A stretch of DNA of 64,000 bases from Candidatus Micrarchaeia archaeon (GTDB taxonomy: Archaea > Micrarchaeota > Micrarchaeia > Anstonellales > Anstonellaceae): positions 10,705 through 74,704 of the forward strand of contig JBAYMR010000006.1 in assembly GCA_041663445.1 (NCBI GenBank). Direction: 5' to 3'. Of this stretch, positions 55,398 to 62,915 are shown one piece after another. Positions within the stretch are counted from its first letter, which is position 1. Each line of letters starts with the position of its first letter. A program made the position numbers and the translations under genes. The notes under the pieces are model-generated. The model was not told the DNA's origin and ran no database searches. It worked only from the letters and a program-made list of their open reading frames with translations.

Positions 55398-55706
55398 ATG
55401 ATGAAAATTGACCCGTATCTGCACGCGGCTCTTCTCCTGAAGGGCGCTGAAAAGGAAATCACCAAGGACTCGCTCCTTTCCGTCCTCAAGGCGGCAGGCG
55501 CCAGCGCCGACGAGGCGAAGGCATCTGTTCTCGCAGAGGCAGTGAAAGGCGTGAACTTCGAAGAGCTCCTCAAGGCAGCAGTTGCGCCGGTGGCAGCAGC
55601 CCCGGCAGCGGCGCCAGCAGGCGAGCACAAGAAGGAAGAGAAGAAGGAGGACCCGGCCAAGCAGGAAGCTGCGGCGGCAGAGGGCCTTGCATCGCTCTTC
55701 GGCTAA
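55398..55706 (+). CDS. rpl12: Ribosomal stalk protein P1 (L12e)
   Basis: 102 aa from ATG 55398 (GGAGGT SD). Ala/Pro hinge and the conserved acidic tail EEKKEDPAKQEAAAAEGLASLFG. Confidence 0.9.
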   Translation: MMKIDPYLHAALLLKGAEKEITKDSLLSVLKAAGASADEAKASVLAEAVKGVNFEELLKAAVAPVAAAPAAAPAGEHKKEEKKEDPAKQEAAAAEGLASLFG

Positions 55707-55738
55707 ATCCAGCAGTCCCGCAAAGCTCGGCTGCTAGC

Positions 55739-55798
55739 TGGCAAACCCCGGTTTGCCATCAGGCTGAAGTTTTTTCAGCCTGATTTTCAGTTTTTTCC
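55739..55798 (+). terminator. Two stem-loops plus T-runs after the stalk operon
   Basis: TGGCAAACC cc GGTTTGCCA (55739-55758), ATCAGGCTGAA gtttt TTCAGCCTGAT (55758-55784), then TTTCAGTTTTTTCC. Confidence 0.6.
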
Positions 55799-55808
55799 TT
55801 TCTCTATT

Positions 55809-55870
55809 TCTTTCTTCATTCTTCCACCTTCAGCTACTGTTTAAATACATTTCGTCCCTGAAAAATGTGG
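55809..55870 (+). promoter_or_regulatory. 62-bp promoter module, copy 1 (contains TTTAAATA)
   Basis: TCTTTCTTCATTCTTCCACCTTCAGCTACTGTTTAAATACATTTCGTCCCTGAAAAATGTGG, identical to 57595-57656. The TATA box at 55840 lies 38 nt before ATG 55878. Confidence 0.7.
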
Positions 55871-55877
55871 TGATAAT

Positions 55878-56624
55878 ATGCCAAGAGGTTATTTCAGGCC
55901 AGGTCCGATGCACACTTCCCAAATGGCAATGCGCGCGCTGGAACTTTTCCATATAGGTTCATTGCCAACTGAGCGATACTCCGCTGCTTGCAGCGGCGCG
56001 AAGTTGGCAACATTTCGACCGAATGGCGATGATACCCCGCTGCTTGCAGCGGGGCGCCTTCGGTCGAATTCATTCTCCGATCCCCCTTCCGCGTTCAAGA
56101 TGGCAAAGATGCGGCTGATTGGCGAGGGGCTGGAATTGATGGAATACGACAAGCTCGCAGCACAGCTTGTCCGCTCGCCCACCGACGTTGACTATTACCG
56201 CGCGCTGCTCCGCGGAAGCAATTTTTCCATGAACACCGGCGGCAGGATATTTGACAGGGTCGAGAAAGTCCTTGACCTTGCATATAAGCAGGGCGCCGAC
56301 CTTTCAGGCCTCCTGCCGGGCCTCAAGGACATCTTGTGTGCTTCATGTTCCGGAAACGACTCAATTGACCAGGCATACGCCGCCTACAATATCCTCAACG
56401 GTTTCATCAATGCGCCTGAAAGCGGAAAGCCAAGCCAAGAGCAGGTGGCGAAGGCGCTCATGCAGTGTGCAATCTCGATAAGCCTTGACCGGGATGCATG
56501 GCGCTACCAGGCGGACATCAAGGAAATGATTGAGCTCACGCTGCAGAACGCGATATTGTACGGGATAAAAGTGCCGAAAGGGCTTGAAGTGGCGCTTTTC
56601 GGAGTTAAGCCGGATTCGGATTGA
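55878..56624 (+). CDS. Hypothetical protein; the 5' third contains the intergenic-repeat dimer in frame
   Basis: 248-aa ORF. ATG 55878 has the same spacing to the duplicated TATA as ATG 57666. The alternative start ATG 56100 lies downstream of the repeat (174 aa). Confidence 0.45.
   Translation: MPRGYFRPGPMHTSQMAMRALELFHIGSLPTERYSAACSGAKLATFRPNGDDTPLLAAGRLRSNSFSDPPSAFKMAKMRLIGEGLELMEYDKLAAQLVRSPTDVDYYRALLRGSNFSMNTGGRIFDRVEKVLDLAYKQGADLSGLLPGLKDILCASCSGNDSIDQAYAAYNILNGFINAPESGKPSQEQVAKALMQCAISISLDRDAWRYQADIKEMIELTLQNAILYGIKVPKGLEVALFGVKPDSD
55958..56073. repeat. Structured intergenic repeat, copy C (dimer)
   Basis: TTCAT-TGCCAACTGAGCGAT-actCCGCTGCTTGCAGCGGcgcg-AAGTTGGCAA-cATTTCGACCGAATGGCGAT-gatacCCCGCTGCTTGCAGCGGG-GCGCCTTCGGTC-GAATTCAT. 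Confidence 0.75.
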
Positions 56625-56638
56625 ATGCAGGTGTTTCC

Positions 56639-57586
56639 ATGGGCGGGCAAAACAAAAAGATGATCAAAAATTGTGTCAATTCCATTGGGCGCGGCGAAAA
56701 GGACAACTTCGTCCAAGTGCTGAAATTCGCGCCCAAATTTGAATATTCCCGGGAATTCGAGGAGAAAGTCCATAACATGCTTCGGATTGGCGTGGACAAA
56801 CATTTCTCAGCCCACCATGATAAGCTGGTTGGCCTTGCCCTAAGGAACCCGTTCAACATGGCATATCTGATCAACATCTATTTTTCGGGAGATGAAACTG
56901 TTTCGGCGCGCGCGGGCTCCGTGATATCCCGCGTCTGGTATGGTTCGTTGGATAATAGCTGCAAAACCGGCATCAATCCTGAAACGTCAAAATCCGTCGT
57001 TGAGAGCCAGCTTAGGCAAGGCACACTGTCCGAATTTGACATTACAAGCAATTTCTTAGAGTCTTATGAAGGGAAACGGCCTGACTTTGAAGCTTGCCTG
57101 AACAAGTATTGCCTAAACGGCGGCATTTCCAAGGACAGCCGCGAACTTCAGGCAAACAATCCTTCCGCGCTTGCAACAGAAGACATGGCGCGGAAAATCA
57201 TTTCCGAGCTCAAGTCGGGCAATCCAATGCGCATCAAGCGCTCGGTCACGCTTTTGGGCAACTTGCCGCTGATGGGTGGCGGGCTGGTGTCAGATGGGTG
57301 CATGCTGGAACTTCTGGCTCAGCTCAAGCCGCTTCAGGATGCAATTTCCCATTCCGTGCGCGAAAAGGAAAACAAGCTTGCAAAAACAAGCATTTGGGCG
57401 AATAAGGACGCGGTGGATGACCTTCTTAGCCCATATTGGAGGGTTGAAAAAAAATTCCGCAGGGTCATCTCCACCCTCAAGTATGCCTATGAAAAGCGGA
57501 CTGGCGCTCCCGCCGTGGTTTCTTCATCGCAAAAACAGCTCCCTGCCAACGCGCAAGGTCTTGTTGGCGCAATGGATAAGGAATAA
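56639..57586 (+). CDS. Hypothetical protein (helical-repeat-like)
   Basis: 315 aa from ATG 56639 (AGGTG SD). The ORF overlaps the upstream gene end. Segments such as KIISELKSGNPMRIKRSVTLLGNL look HEAT/ARM-like by eye only. Confidence 0.5.
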   Translation: MGGQNKKMIKNCVNSIGRGEKDNFVQVLKFAPKFEYSREFEEKVHNMLRIGVDKHFSAHHDKLVGLALRNPFNMAYLINIYFSGDETVSARAGSVISRVWYGSLDNSCKTGINPETSKSVVESQLRQGTLSEFDITSNFLESYEGKRPDFEACLNKYCLNGGISKDSRELQANNPSALATEDMARKIISELKSGNPMRIKRSVTLLGNLPLMGGGLVSDGCMLELLAQLKPLQDAISHSVREKENKLAKTSIWANKDAVDDLLSPYWRVEKKFRRVISTLKYAYEKRTGAPAVVSSSQKQLPANAQGLVGAMDKE

Positions 57587-57594
57587 CCCCGGTA

Positions 57595-57656
57595 TCTTTC
57601 TTCATTCTTCCACCTTCAGCTACTGTTTAAATACATTTCGTCCCTGAAAAATGTGG
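57595..57656 (+). promoter_or_regulatory. 62-bp promoter module, copy 2
   Basis: Identical to 55809-55870. The TATA box at 57626 lies 40 nt before ATG 57666. Confidence 0.7.
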
Positions 57657-57665
57657 AGTGGGTAA

Positions 57666-58460
57666 ATGTCCAAAAATTCATTCAAGCAAGCTCTCATTTC
57701 GCACAGATGGGTCAATGTCCCGCAAGATAACAAAAAGCCAATAGAAAAGCGCCCAGCCCCTGCTCTCGCGCAGCCCTCCCGCAACGTCAAGGACATAATC
57801 GAGCGCTCGGCAAGCAAGGGCGCTGACGAGTGGGAAAAGGCAAAGGACGATTGGTACGAGGCGTACCTGGAAGGGGGAGTGTCTGAAAAAGACATGGGCA
57901 CACTTTTCTTGCGCTTTCCTGGCAGGCACCTGAAGCTCGGCTCGTTTGCCGCAAGCGAGGAAGCCATGTTTGCAGAGCTGGAACGGCTCAACAAGGAAGG
58001 GCTTGCGAACATACGCATAAACAATATGGATTTTATCATGCTCAATAAGCTGGGTGGGCGGTGCTATCATCTCAAATCTGATTCCGATGAAGGTTTTTAT
58101 TGGGTCTTAAAGGACGGCGAAAACTACGGAATATACCCTCCCGATTCAAAAACCGACTACGAGCTTGTACTGCGGACAATCTACATGCTGGGCCTGCCGA
58201 TTTCCTGCAAGCCCGACGATTCCATTCCGAATGATATGGACAGGAAAATCGCATCCGCGCTTGTTGACGTGCTGGTCTATGTCAACAATACGGGCGGCGG
58301 CAATAATTACGTTCAAGAAAATGCTTCTGCCAATGAGAAAAACGAGCACATGAAGCGCATGTGCCTGCGCCAGATTACCAGCTTTTTCGTGGAACCGCAA
58401 TTCGAGCGCATGATTCCAAGGAATATCTTCAATTATGCCGAGCGGCTGGAATACGCCTGA
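57666..58460 (+). CDS. Hypothetical protein
   Basis: 264-aa ORF driven by promoter module copy 2. No motif recognised. Confidence 0.5.
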   Translation: MSKNSFKQALISHRWVNVPQDNKKPIEKRPAPALAQPSRNVKDIIERSASKGADEWEKAKDDWYEAYLEGGVSEKDMGTLFLRFPGRHLKLGSFAASEEAMFAELERLNKEGLANIRINNMDFIMLNKLGGRCYHLKSDSDEGFYWVLKDGENYGIYPPDSKTDYELVLRTIYMLGLPISCKPDDSIPNDMDRKIASALVDVLVYVNNTGGGNNYVQENASANEKNEHMKRMCLRQITSFFVEPQFERMIPRNIFNYAERLEYA

Positions 58461-58485
58461 TGCTCGGGAAAGAAATCAAATGCGG

Positions 58486-58917
58486 TTATCCGGTTTTTTC
58501 CCAGCTTTCCTTCCTCCCTTTCTTCACGGCAAAAATAGGGTGCGCTTCCATTTTTGAGCGCGCGTTTTCCTTCATCTTTTCCCCATCGCGCTTCATCAGC
58601 TTTTTCCTCAGATGCCGCCATTCGTGCCTGAGCTGCCCGTCCGTCACGGGCATGCGCACGGCGCGCGCTTTCGGGAACATTATTTTCCCCCTGTCAAATT
58701 TGTAGCCGCGCTTCCTCCCTTCCTTCTGAACTTCCGACAAATAGGCGCCGATTGCGCGCAGGGGCGCGCGCTGCGCCCTGAAGCGCTGAAGCTGCGGGTG
58801 GTGCCTGTAGCCGTTTGTTTTTCCGGCAAGCACTGCCTGGGCGAGCAAAGCCTCCCGCCACAGCGCGACCAGGCCGCGCGCGTCAAGATGCCTGGGGTGC
58901 AAGGACCAGAGCCTCAT
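58486..58917 (-). CDS. Pyrimidine-dimer DNA glycosylase (endonuclease V / DenV-like family)
   Basis: 143 aa from ATG 58917. MRLWSLHPRHLDARGLVALWREALLAQAVL is the characteristic N-terminus of this family. Confidence 0.75.
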   Translation of the reverse strand: MRLWSLHPRHLDARGLVALWREALLAQAVLAGKTNGYRHHPQLQRFRAQRAPLRAIGAYLSEVQKEGRKRGYKFDRGKIMFPKARAVRMPVTDGQLRHEWRHLRKKLMKRDGEKMKENARSKMEAHPIFAVKKGRKESWEKTG

Positions 58918-58921
58918 GCCA

Positions 58922-59311
58922 TCAACCGATCTGCCTGAGCAAATCCTTGTCAAATGCCAATGGCTCGGCGAGCGCGGTTTTGCATGCTTGCATCACGGAA
59001 ATATCTGCCGTGCTCAGCCTGCCTTTTTGCTTCAAGAATTCGGATAAATTTTCCTTGCGCTGGTCTTCTGTGAGGTAGTGGACTTGCAGCCTGGAATTCG
59101 ATAAAAGCTGCTCATAAGCTGCCCGGGCTGCATCCATGCCCAGTTTTCGGTTCAGAACAGTGAGAGTCTCGAAAAGGATGGAGTCGGTAATCAGCATCTC
59201 CTCGTTGCGGTGCTTCTCAAAAATCTCAAGTGCTTTGGCATGATTCACATCCAAAGGATGGAAAAGAGAAAAAAGGAACGAGGTGTCAAGAACCATCATA
59301 TGGATCATCAT
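58922..59311 (-). CDS. vapC: PIN-domain toxin (VapC-like)
   Basis: 129 aa. N-terminal VLDTSFL (acidic D), internal ITDSILFE, C-terminal STADISV. Overlaps the upstream antitoxin ORF by 26 nt. Confidence 0.8.
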   Translation of the reverse strand: MMIHMMVLDTSFLFSLFHPLDVNHAKALEIFEKHRNEEMLITDSILFETLTVLNRKLGMDAARAAYEQLLSNSRLQVHYLTEDQRKENLSEFLKQKGRLSTADISVMQACKTALAEPLAFDKDLLRQIG

Positions 59312-59534
59312 AGAGTATCTTGTCGTGGTCCAGCCTTGCCTTCTCGCCCTTGAACTTCTTGTCGTTTTCCCTTATCCAGGCAATCAGGCTGTCCCAGTTG
59401 TCTGTTTTTTTTGCAATCTGGGCGGGTTCTGGAAGCATGCCAGCAATCGCCTCGCTGTAGCTCTGCCCCTTCGCGCGCTTCATGCGCGTCAGCTGCTCGT
59501 ACACGGAGTCGGACACGTTTATCAGCCTGCTCAT
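59286..59534 (-). CDS. vapB: VapB-like antitoxin
   Basis: 82 aa. MSRLINVSDSVYEQLTRMKRAKGQSYSEAI is an RHH-like N-terminus. A 16-bp palindrome lies 5 nt upstream. Confidence 0.6.
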   Translation of the reverse strand: MSRLINVSDSVYEQLTRMKRAKGQSYSEAIAGMLPEPAQIAKKTDNWDSLIAWIRENDKKFKGEKARLDHDKILYDDPYDGS

Positions 59535-59538
59535 AGTG

Positions 59539-59554
59539 TATATGTATACATATA
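59539..59554. promoter_or_regulatory. 16-bp perfect AT-rich palindrome upstream of vapB (operator/TATA)
   Basis: TATATGTA|TACATATA. Confidence 0.5.
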
Positions 59555-59557
59555 TGT

Positions 59558-60031
59558 TTATATAATTATCTCGCCGCTAGGCCCCCTGTCCGGTTTCTCA
59601 GGCTTGAACAACGCAATGACTTCCTGCGTGGACAGGACAGCCACCTTGGATTGCCTCTTCAACAGCTTGTCATTGGACCAAAGCGGGCAGTCAAGCAACA
59701 TTGCAAGCGCGAGGAAATCAGCATCATCCCTAAGGTCAGCTTCCTCCTTCCCTGTAAATGCGCTGGCAAGGCGTTCGGCTTCAGGCAGGAATTTTTCATA
59801 GCCGCTCTTCGGCACAATTTCAACTTTCTGCCGCAGCGAATGCAAAAGCCCGTCCCGCTCTTCCAGCCTAACCCCTGCCTTGCCTGCAATTTCCTGCCAG
59901 TGCTCTTCCAGCTCCAAAAGCGCGTATTCTGGTGAAAAAAGCCTGGCGCCCTGGTGGATGATTTCTCGAAGTGCCGAACTCTCCCAAAGATATGTGAAAA
60001 TGACGTTTGAATCGGCAACGAAGCGCATCAT
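59558..60031 (-). CDS. PIN-domain toxin, second copy
   Basis: 157 aa. MMRFVADSNVIF (N-terminal D), LELEEH, DDADFLALA, WSNDK acidic residues in PIN order. 4-nt overlap with the upstream small ORF. Confidence 0.75.
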   Translation of the reverse strand: MMRFVADSNVIFTYLWESSALREIIHQGARLFSPEYALLELEEHWQEIAGKAGVRLEERDGLLHSLRQKVEIVPKSGYEKFLPEAERLASAFTGKEEADLRDDADFLALAMLLDCPLWSNDKLLKRQSKVAVLSTQEVIALFKPEKPDRGPSGEIII

Positions 60032-60282
60032 TTTCTCTTGCCCTCTCCCATCTCTTTTTTGAGCTCTTCGTACCTGCCCTTCCTTATCTTTCTTTGGAAC
60101 TCAACTGCCCAATTGTCGAATTCCTCCTCGCCTTTCAGGCGTTTGAGCATCTCCTCCCGCCAGGCAAGCTCCTGCGCCTTTTCGCTTATCGCCTTCTTCA
60201 CAAAGCCGGACCAGTTCATCTCAGGAAAGCGCTGCATGAGCTCCCGTATCTCAGGCGTTACTGACACTGTTATTGATACCAT
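60028..60282 (-). CDS. Putative antitoxin of the second PIN toxin
   Basis: 84 aa from ATG 60282 (MVSITVSVTPEIRELMQRFPEMNWSGFVKKAI...), with a charged helical tail. Confidence 0.55.
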   Translation of the reverse strand: MVSITVSVTPEIRELMQRFPEMNWSGFVKKAISEKAQELAWREEMLKRLKGEEEFDNWAVEFQRKIRKGRYEELKKEMGEGKRK

Positions 60283-60472
60283 GGCACCACCTACTGTTAA
60301 AAAACGTATAAACGTTAAAATATTTAAACCAATAGGTGTGTGCCACATCCCAGTCACCCATGTTTCCTCCTCTCGAATGCCGCCTGGAGCGCAATGTACC
60401 TGTCAATCCTCAGCTTCCACGCGCCGTGCCCTATCCTTGCCGTTTCGTATTGCATGAATGCCACCTCGAAAG

Positions 60473-60661
60473 CTAAAACACCGCCGGGATGCCGAAAAGC
60501 TCCACCGCCTCGTTTTGCGCGACCACCATCGGCCCCTGCTCGGTCTGAAGGATAATGCTCGAGCCCAGGCGCGCGAATTTGCTCTCAATCTTCATGGCGC
60601 GCAGGCGGTCCACCACGTCCTTTATCTCCTCATACGACAGTTCGTCTATGTTGAATTTCAT
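60473..60661 (-). CDS. Small hypothetical protein
   Basis: 62 aa from ATG 60661 (MKFNIDELSYEEIKDVVDRLRAMKIE...). Coding status is uncertain. Confidence 0.3.
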   Translation of the reverse strand: MKFNIDELSYEEIKDVVDRLRAMKIESKFARLGSSIILQTEQGPMVVAQNEAVELFGIPAVF

Positions 60662-60810
60662 TTTGGTCACCTTGCCGGGCACTTTCGCCCTGGCAGATAG
60701 AACGGGCTTTCGCCGGTATATAAAGCGGCGGAGAGGGTAGGATGCCGGTGGACGAACCAAAAGTTACCACTGGCTTTCAGGGATAAAAAAAGAAATAGGG
60801 GAAAAAAATA

Positions 60811-61389
60811 CTACTGTTTCCTGCCTTCATTTAAGGTGGCATCAATAGTTGCTGCCTTGATGTTGTATGCCGCCTGGATCCGATATGTCTCCTTCATTTC
60901 CTTGTTGTGTTTCATTCCCTGGCTTCCGACAAATCCCCCGCAAAGAACGTATAATGGAGCTAAAATAATCGCCATATTGGCAAACCGGCATTTATCAACA
61001 GTGCCAATGATAATTGAAATTCCCGCTCCAACTATTGCGCCTATCGTGCCCTTTATTCCTGCATTCTTCTGTTTTTTGGCATGATCCGCTGCCCAATATA
61101 ATGGCTCCATGGAACTCTGCATTGCATCCTGCGTAGCCATTTCGATTTGTATCGGCGTAATGTCTATTCTCTGGCTTGCTGCAACTGTATTCACCATTTT
61201 CTCGCAAAGCTCAACATATGCCGGGGAACATGCTATTCCCTTTACCTCTTTGGCGCGCGTTTTTTGAAGGAGTTTCAAGTCTTTTGCCGATATGCCTGTA
61301 TCCCTCTTTACAATCTTAAAGTTGGACTTGATATGCATTGTAGTCTGCGCATTCTTAGGCATGCGAATAGTAAGTTCTCTCATCTTCAA
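60811..61389 (-). CDS. Hypothetical membrane protein (AT-richer DNA)
   Basis: 192 aa. Gly-rich TM pair GTIGAIVGAGISIIIGTV...MAIILAPLYVLCGGFVG. Confidence 0.5.
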   Translation of the reverse strand: MKMRELTIRMPKNAQTTMHIKSNFKIVKRDTGISAKDLKLLQKTRAKEVKGIACSPAYVELCEKMVNTVAASQRIDITPIQIEMATQDAMQSSMEPLYWAADHAKKQKNAGIKGTIGAIVGAGISIIIGTVDKCRFANMAIILAPLYVLCGGFVGSQGMKHNKEMKETYRIQAAYNIKAATIDATLNEGRKQ

Positions 61390-61479
61390 AATATCACCTA
61401 TGTGGTATTATATGGTAAAAGCTTATAAATGCAGATTTTTTTCCTAACGCCTTGGTGGGCACCCTCGAGTTATCCTCTT

Positions 61480-61584
61480 ATTCGCAACTTCGTTGCGAAT
61501 TCGGACATGTGCATTTTGCAATGCAAAATGCATCAGACATCGAACGCTTGTGCGTTCGATGCTGAAATTGAGCCTGCTCAATTT
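61480..61584. other. Array of four adjacent perfect stem-loops (hairpin array 2)
   Basis: Four hairpins. 61480-61500: ATTCGCAAC ttc GTTGCGAAT. 61510-61532: TGCATTTTGCA a TGCAAAATGCA. 61538-61561: CATCGAACGC ttgt GCGTTCGATG. 61565-61584: AAATTGAGC ct GCTCAATTT, which overlaps the IPK stop. Confidence 0.8.
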
Positions 61585-62330
61585 ATCCTCGTAGAAATAG
61601 CCTTCTTCCCAAGAAGCAGCGCCAGCACGCGCGCGGGCTTTTTCGCGTTCACTATGTACGCCGGCGCGCGGCATTTCATTATCTCCCGTATCTTGCCTTC
61701 CATGCCGCCGGTGACGTCCGGCGCGCCCGAGCAGCAAAGGTGGCGCGAAACCTGCGCGAAATTCCTGCGCGTGATGCGCGGAACCACTTTCCCGCACGCA
61801 AGCACCCCGTCCACGTTGGTCGCCATCACCACGCGCGAGGCGTATTTCCCGAAATAGGCGGCAATCTGGTCTCCCGAGCAGACCGAGCAGCCGAGCTTGG
61901 AGTCCGGCACCATGTCCCCGAAAAGCACGGGCACATAGCCTGCCTTGAGATGGCCGAACACCACTTTCTTGTCCATGAACACCATCCTCCTGTTCCTGCT
62001 GCGCGCGATGTCCGCAGGCGGCACGGAAACAGCCGGCACGCCCGCCTTTATGAGCGCGTCGGTGACGTGCGAGGAGAAGTGCGAGCAGGCGGAGTGGGTG
62101 AGCGCGCATGCCCACACCTGTTTCCTGGTGCGCACGCCGTCGTTGAGCTTGTACCTGATTACCGGCGCATGGCCGAAGGAGCCTGCCCCGTGCACGATTA
62201 TGAGGTCGCGCACCCCTGACTTGTACGCCTTGCCCACAACGGCGGCAAGCTTTGCAATGCTTCCAGTGTCGGCCTCCATGAACCCGCGCTTCCTCGTCAG
62301 CACGCTCCCGCCGAGCTTGAGTATCTGCAT
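61578..62330 (-). CDS. ipk: Isopentenyl phosphate kinase
   Basis: 250 aa. Amino-acid-kinase fold with LKLGGSVLT and IVHGAGSFGH, typical of archaeal IPK. Confidence 0.85.
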   Translation of the reverse strand: MQILKLGGSVLTRKRGFMEADTGSIAKLAAVVGKAYKSGVRDLIIVHGAGSFGHAPVIRYKLNDGVRTRKQVWACALTHSACSHFSSHVTDALIKAGVPAVSVPPADIARSRNRRMVFMDKKVVFGHLKAGYVPVLFGDMVPDSKLGCSVCSGDQIAAYFGKYASRVVMATNVDGVLACGKVVPRITRRNFAQVSRHLCCSGAPDVTGGMEGKIREIMKCRAPAYIVNAKKPARVLALLLGKKAISTRIN

Positions 62331-62381
62331 GCTTCCTGATTGGAAAAGCCTATTTAAAAGGGTTATCGGCTGAATTCCCGC

Positions 62382-62915
62382 ATGCGCATCCTCGTTGCAA
62401 TCACCGGCGCCTCGGGCATCATTTACGGGAGCAGGCTAGCCGAAGTGCTGCGCGCATCCAAGCACGATGTTTCGGTTGTCGTCTCGTCCGGCGCGAAAAA
62501 AGTGGCAAAGGGGGAAGGCGCGCGCCTTCCGAAAGCCGATTATGGCGAATTCGACTTTTCAGCGCCGTTCGCCTCGGGCTCTTCCGCGGCTGACGCGCTC
62601 ATCGTCTGCCCCTGCTCGCTGAAGACATTGGGCGAGATAGCGAACGGGGTCGGCAGCAGCCTAATCACGCGCGCGGCTGAAGTGTGCCTGAAAGAGCGCA
62701 AAAAGCTCGTGCTGGTGGTGCGCGAAACCCCGTACTCGCTCATCGCAATCAAGAACATGGAGCTGGTGACGCTGGCGGGCGGCACGGTGCTGCCTGCCTC
62801 GCCTGGCTTTTACCACAGGCCGCGCGAAATTTCCGACCTGGTGGATTTCATAGCGGGCAAGGCGCTGGACGCCGCAGGCATCCAAAACAAGCTATTCAAG
62901 AGGTGGCGGGAATGA
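62382..62915 (+). CDS. ubiX: Flavin prenyltransferase UbiX
   Basis: 177 aa. MRILVAITGASGIIYG, SSAADALIVCPCSLKTLGEIANG. Confidence 0.9.
   Translation: MRILVAITGASGIIYGSRLAEVLRASKHDVSVVVSSGAKKVAKGEGARLPKADYGEFDFSAPFASGSSAADALIVCPCSLKTLGEIANGVGSSLITRAAEVCLKERKKLVLVVRETPYSLIAIKNMELVTLAGGTVLPASPGFYHRPREISDLVDFIAGKALDAAGIQNKLFKRWRE

Noticed and set aside
50662-55706. Absence of rpl11 and spt5 (nusG) next to rpl1 as evidence of gene loss.
   Set aside because: Only a 64-kb window is visible and the genes may lie elsewhere. I report only the unusual occupant of the position, not a loss.
60354-60455. 33-aa ORF (MQYETARIGHGAWKLRIDRYIALQAAFERRKHG) downstream of the 62-aa ORF. It was considered as the frameshifted C-terminus of one longer gene.
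   Set aside because: Extending its frame upstream gives Gly/Ala/Arg-rich nonsense, so a simple frameshift does not join the two ORFs. It is too short to call on its own.
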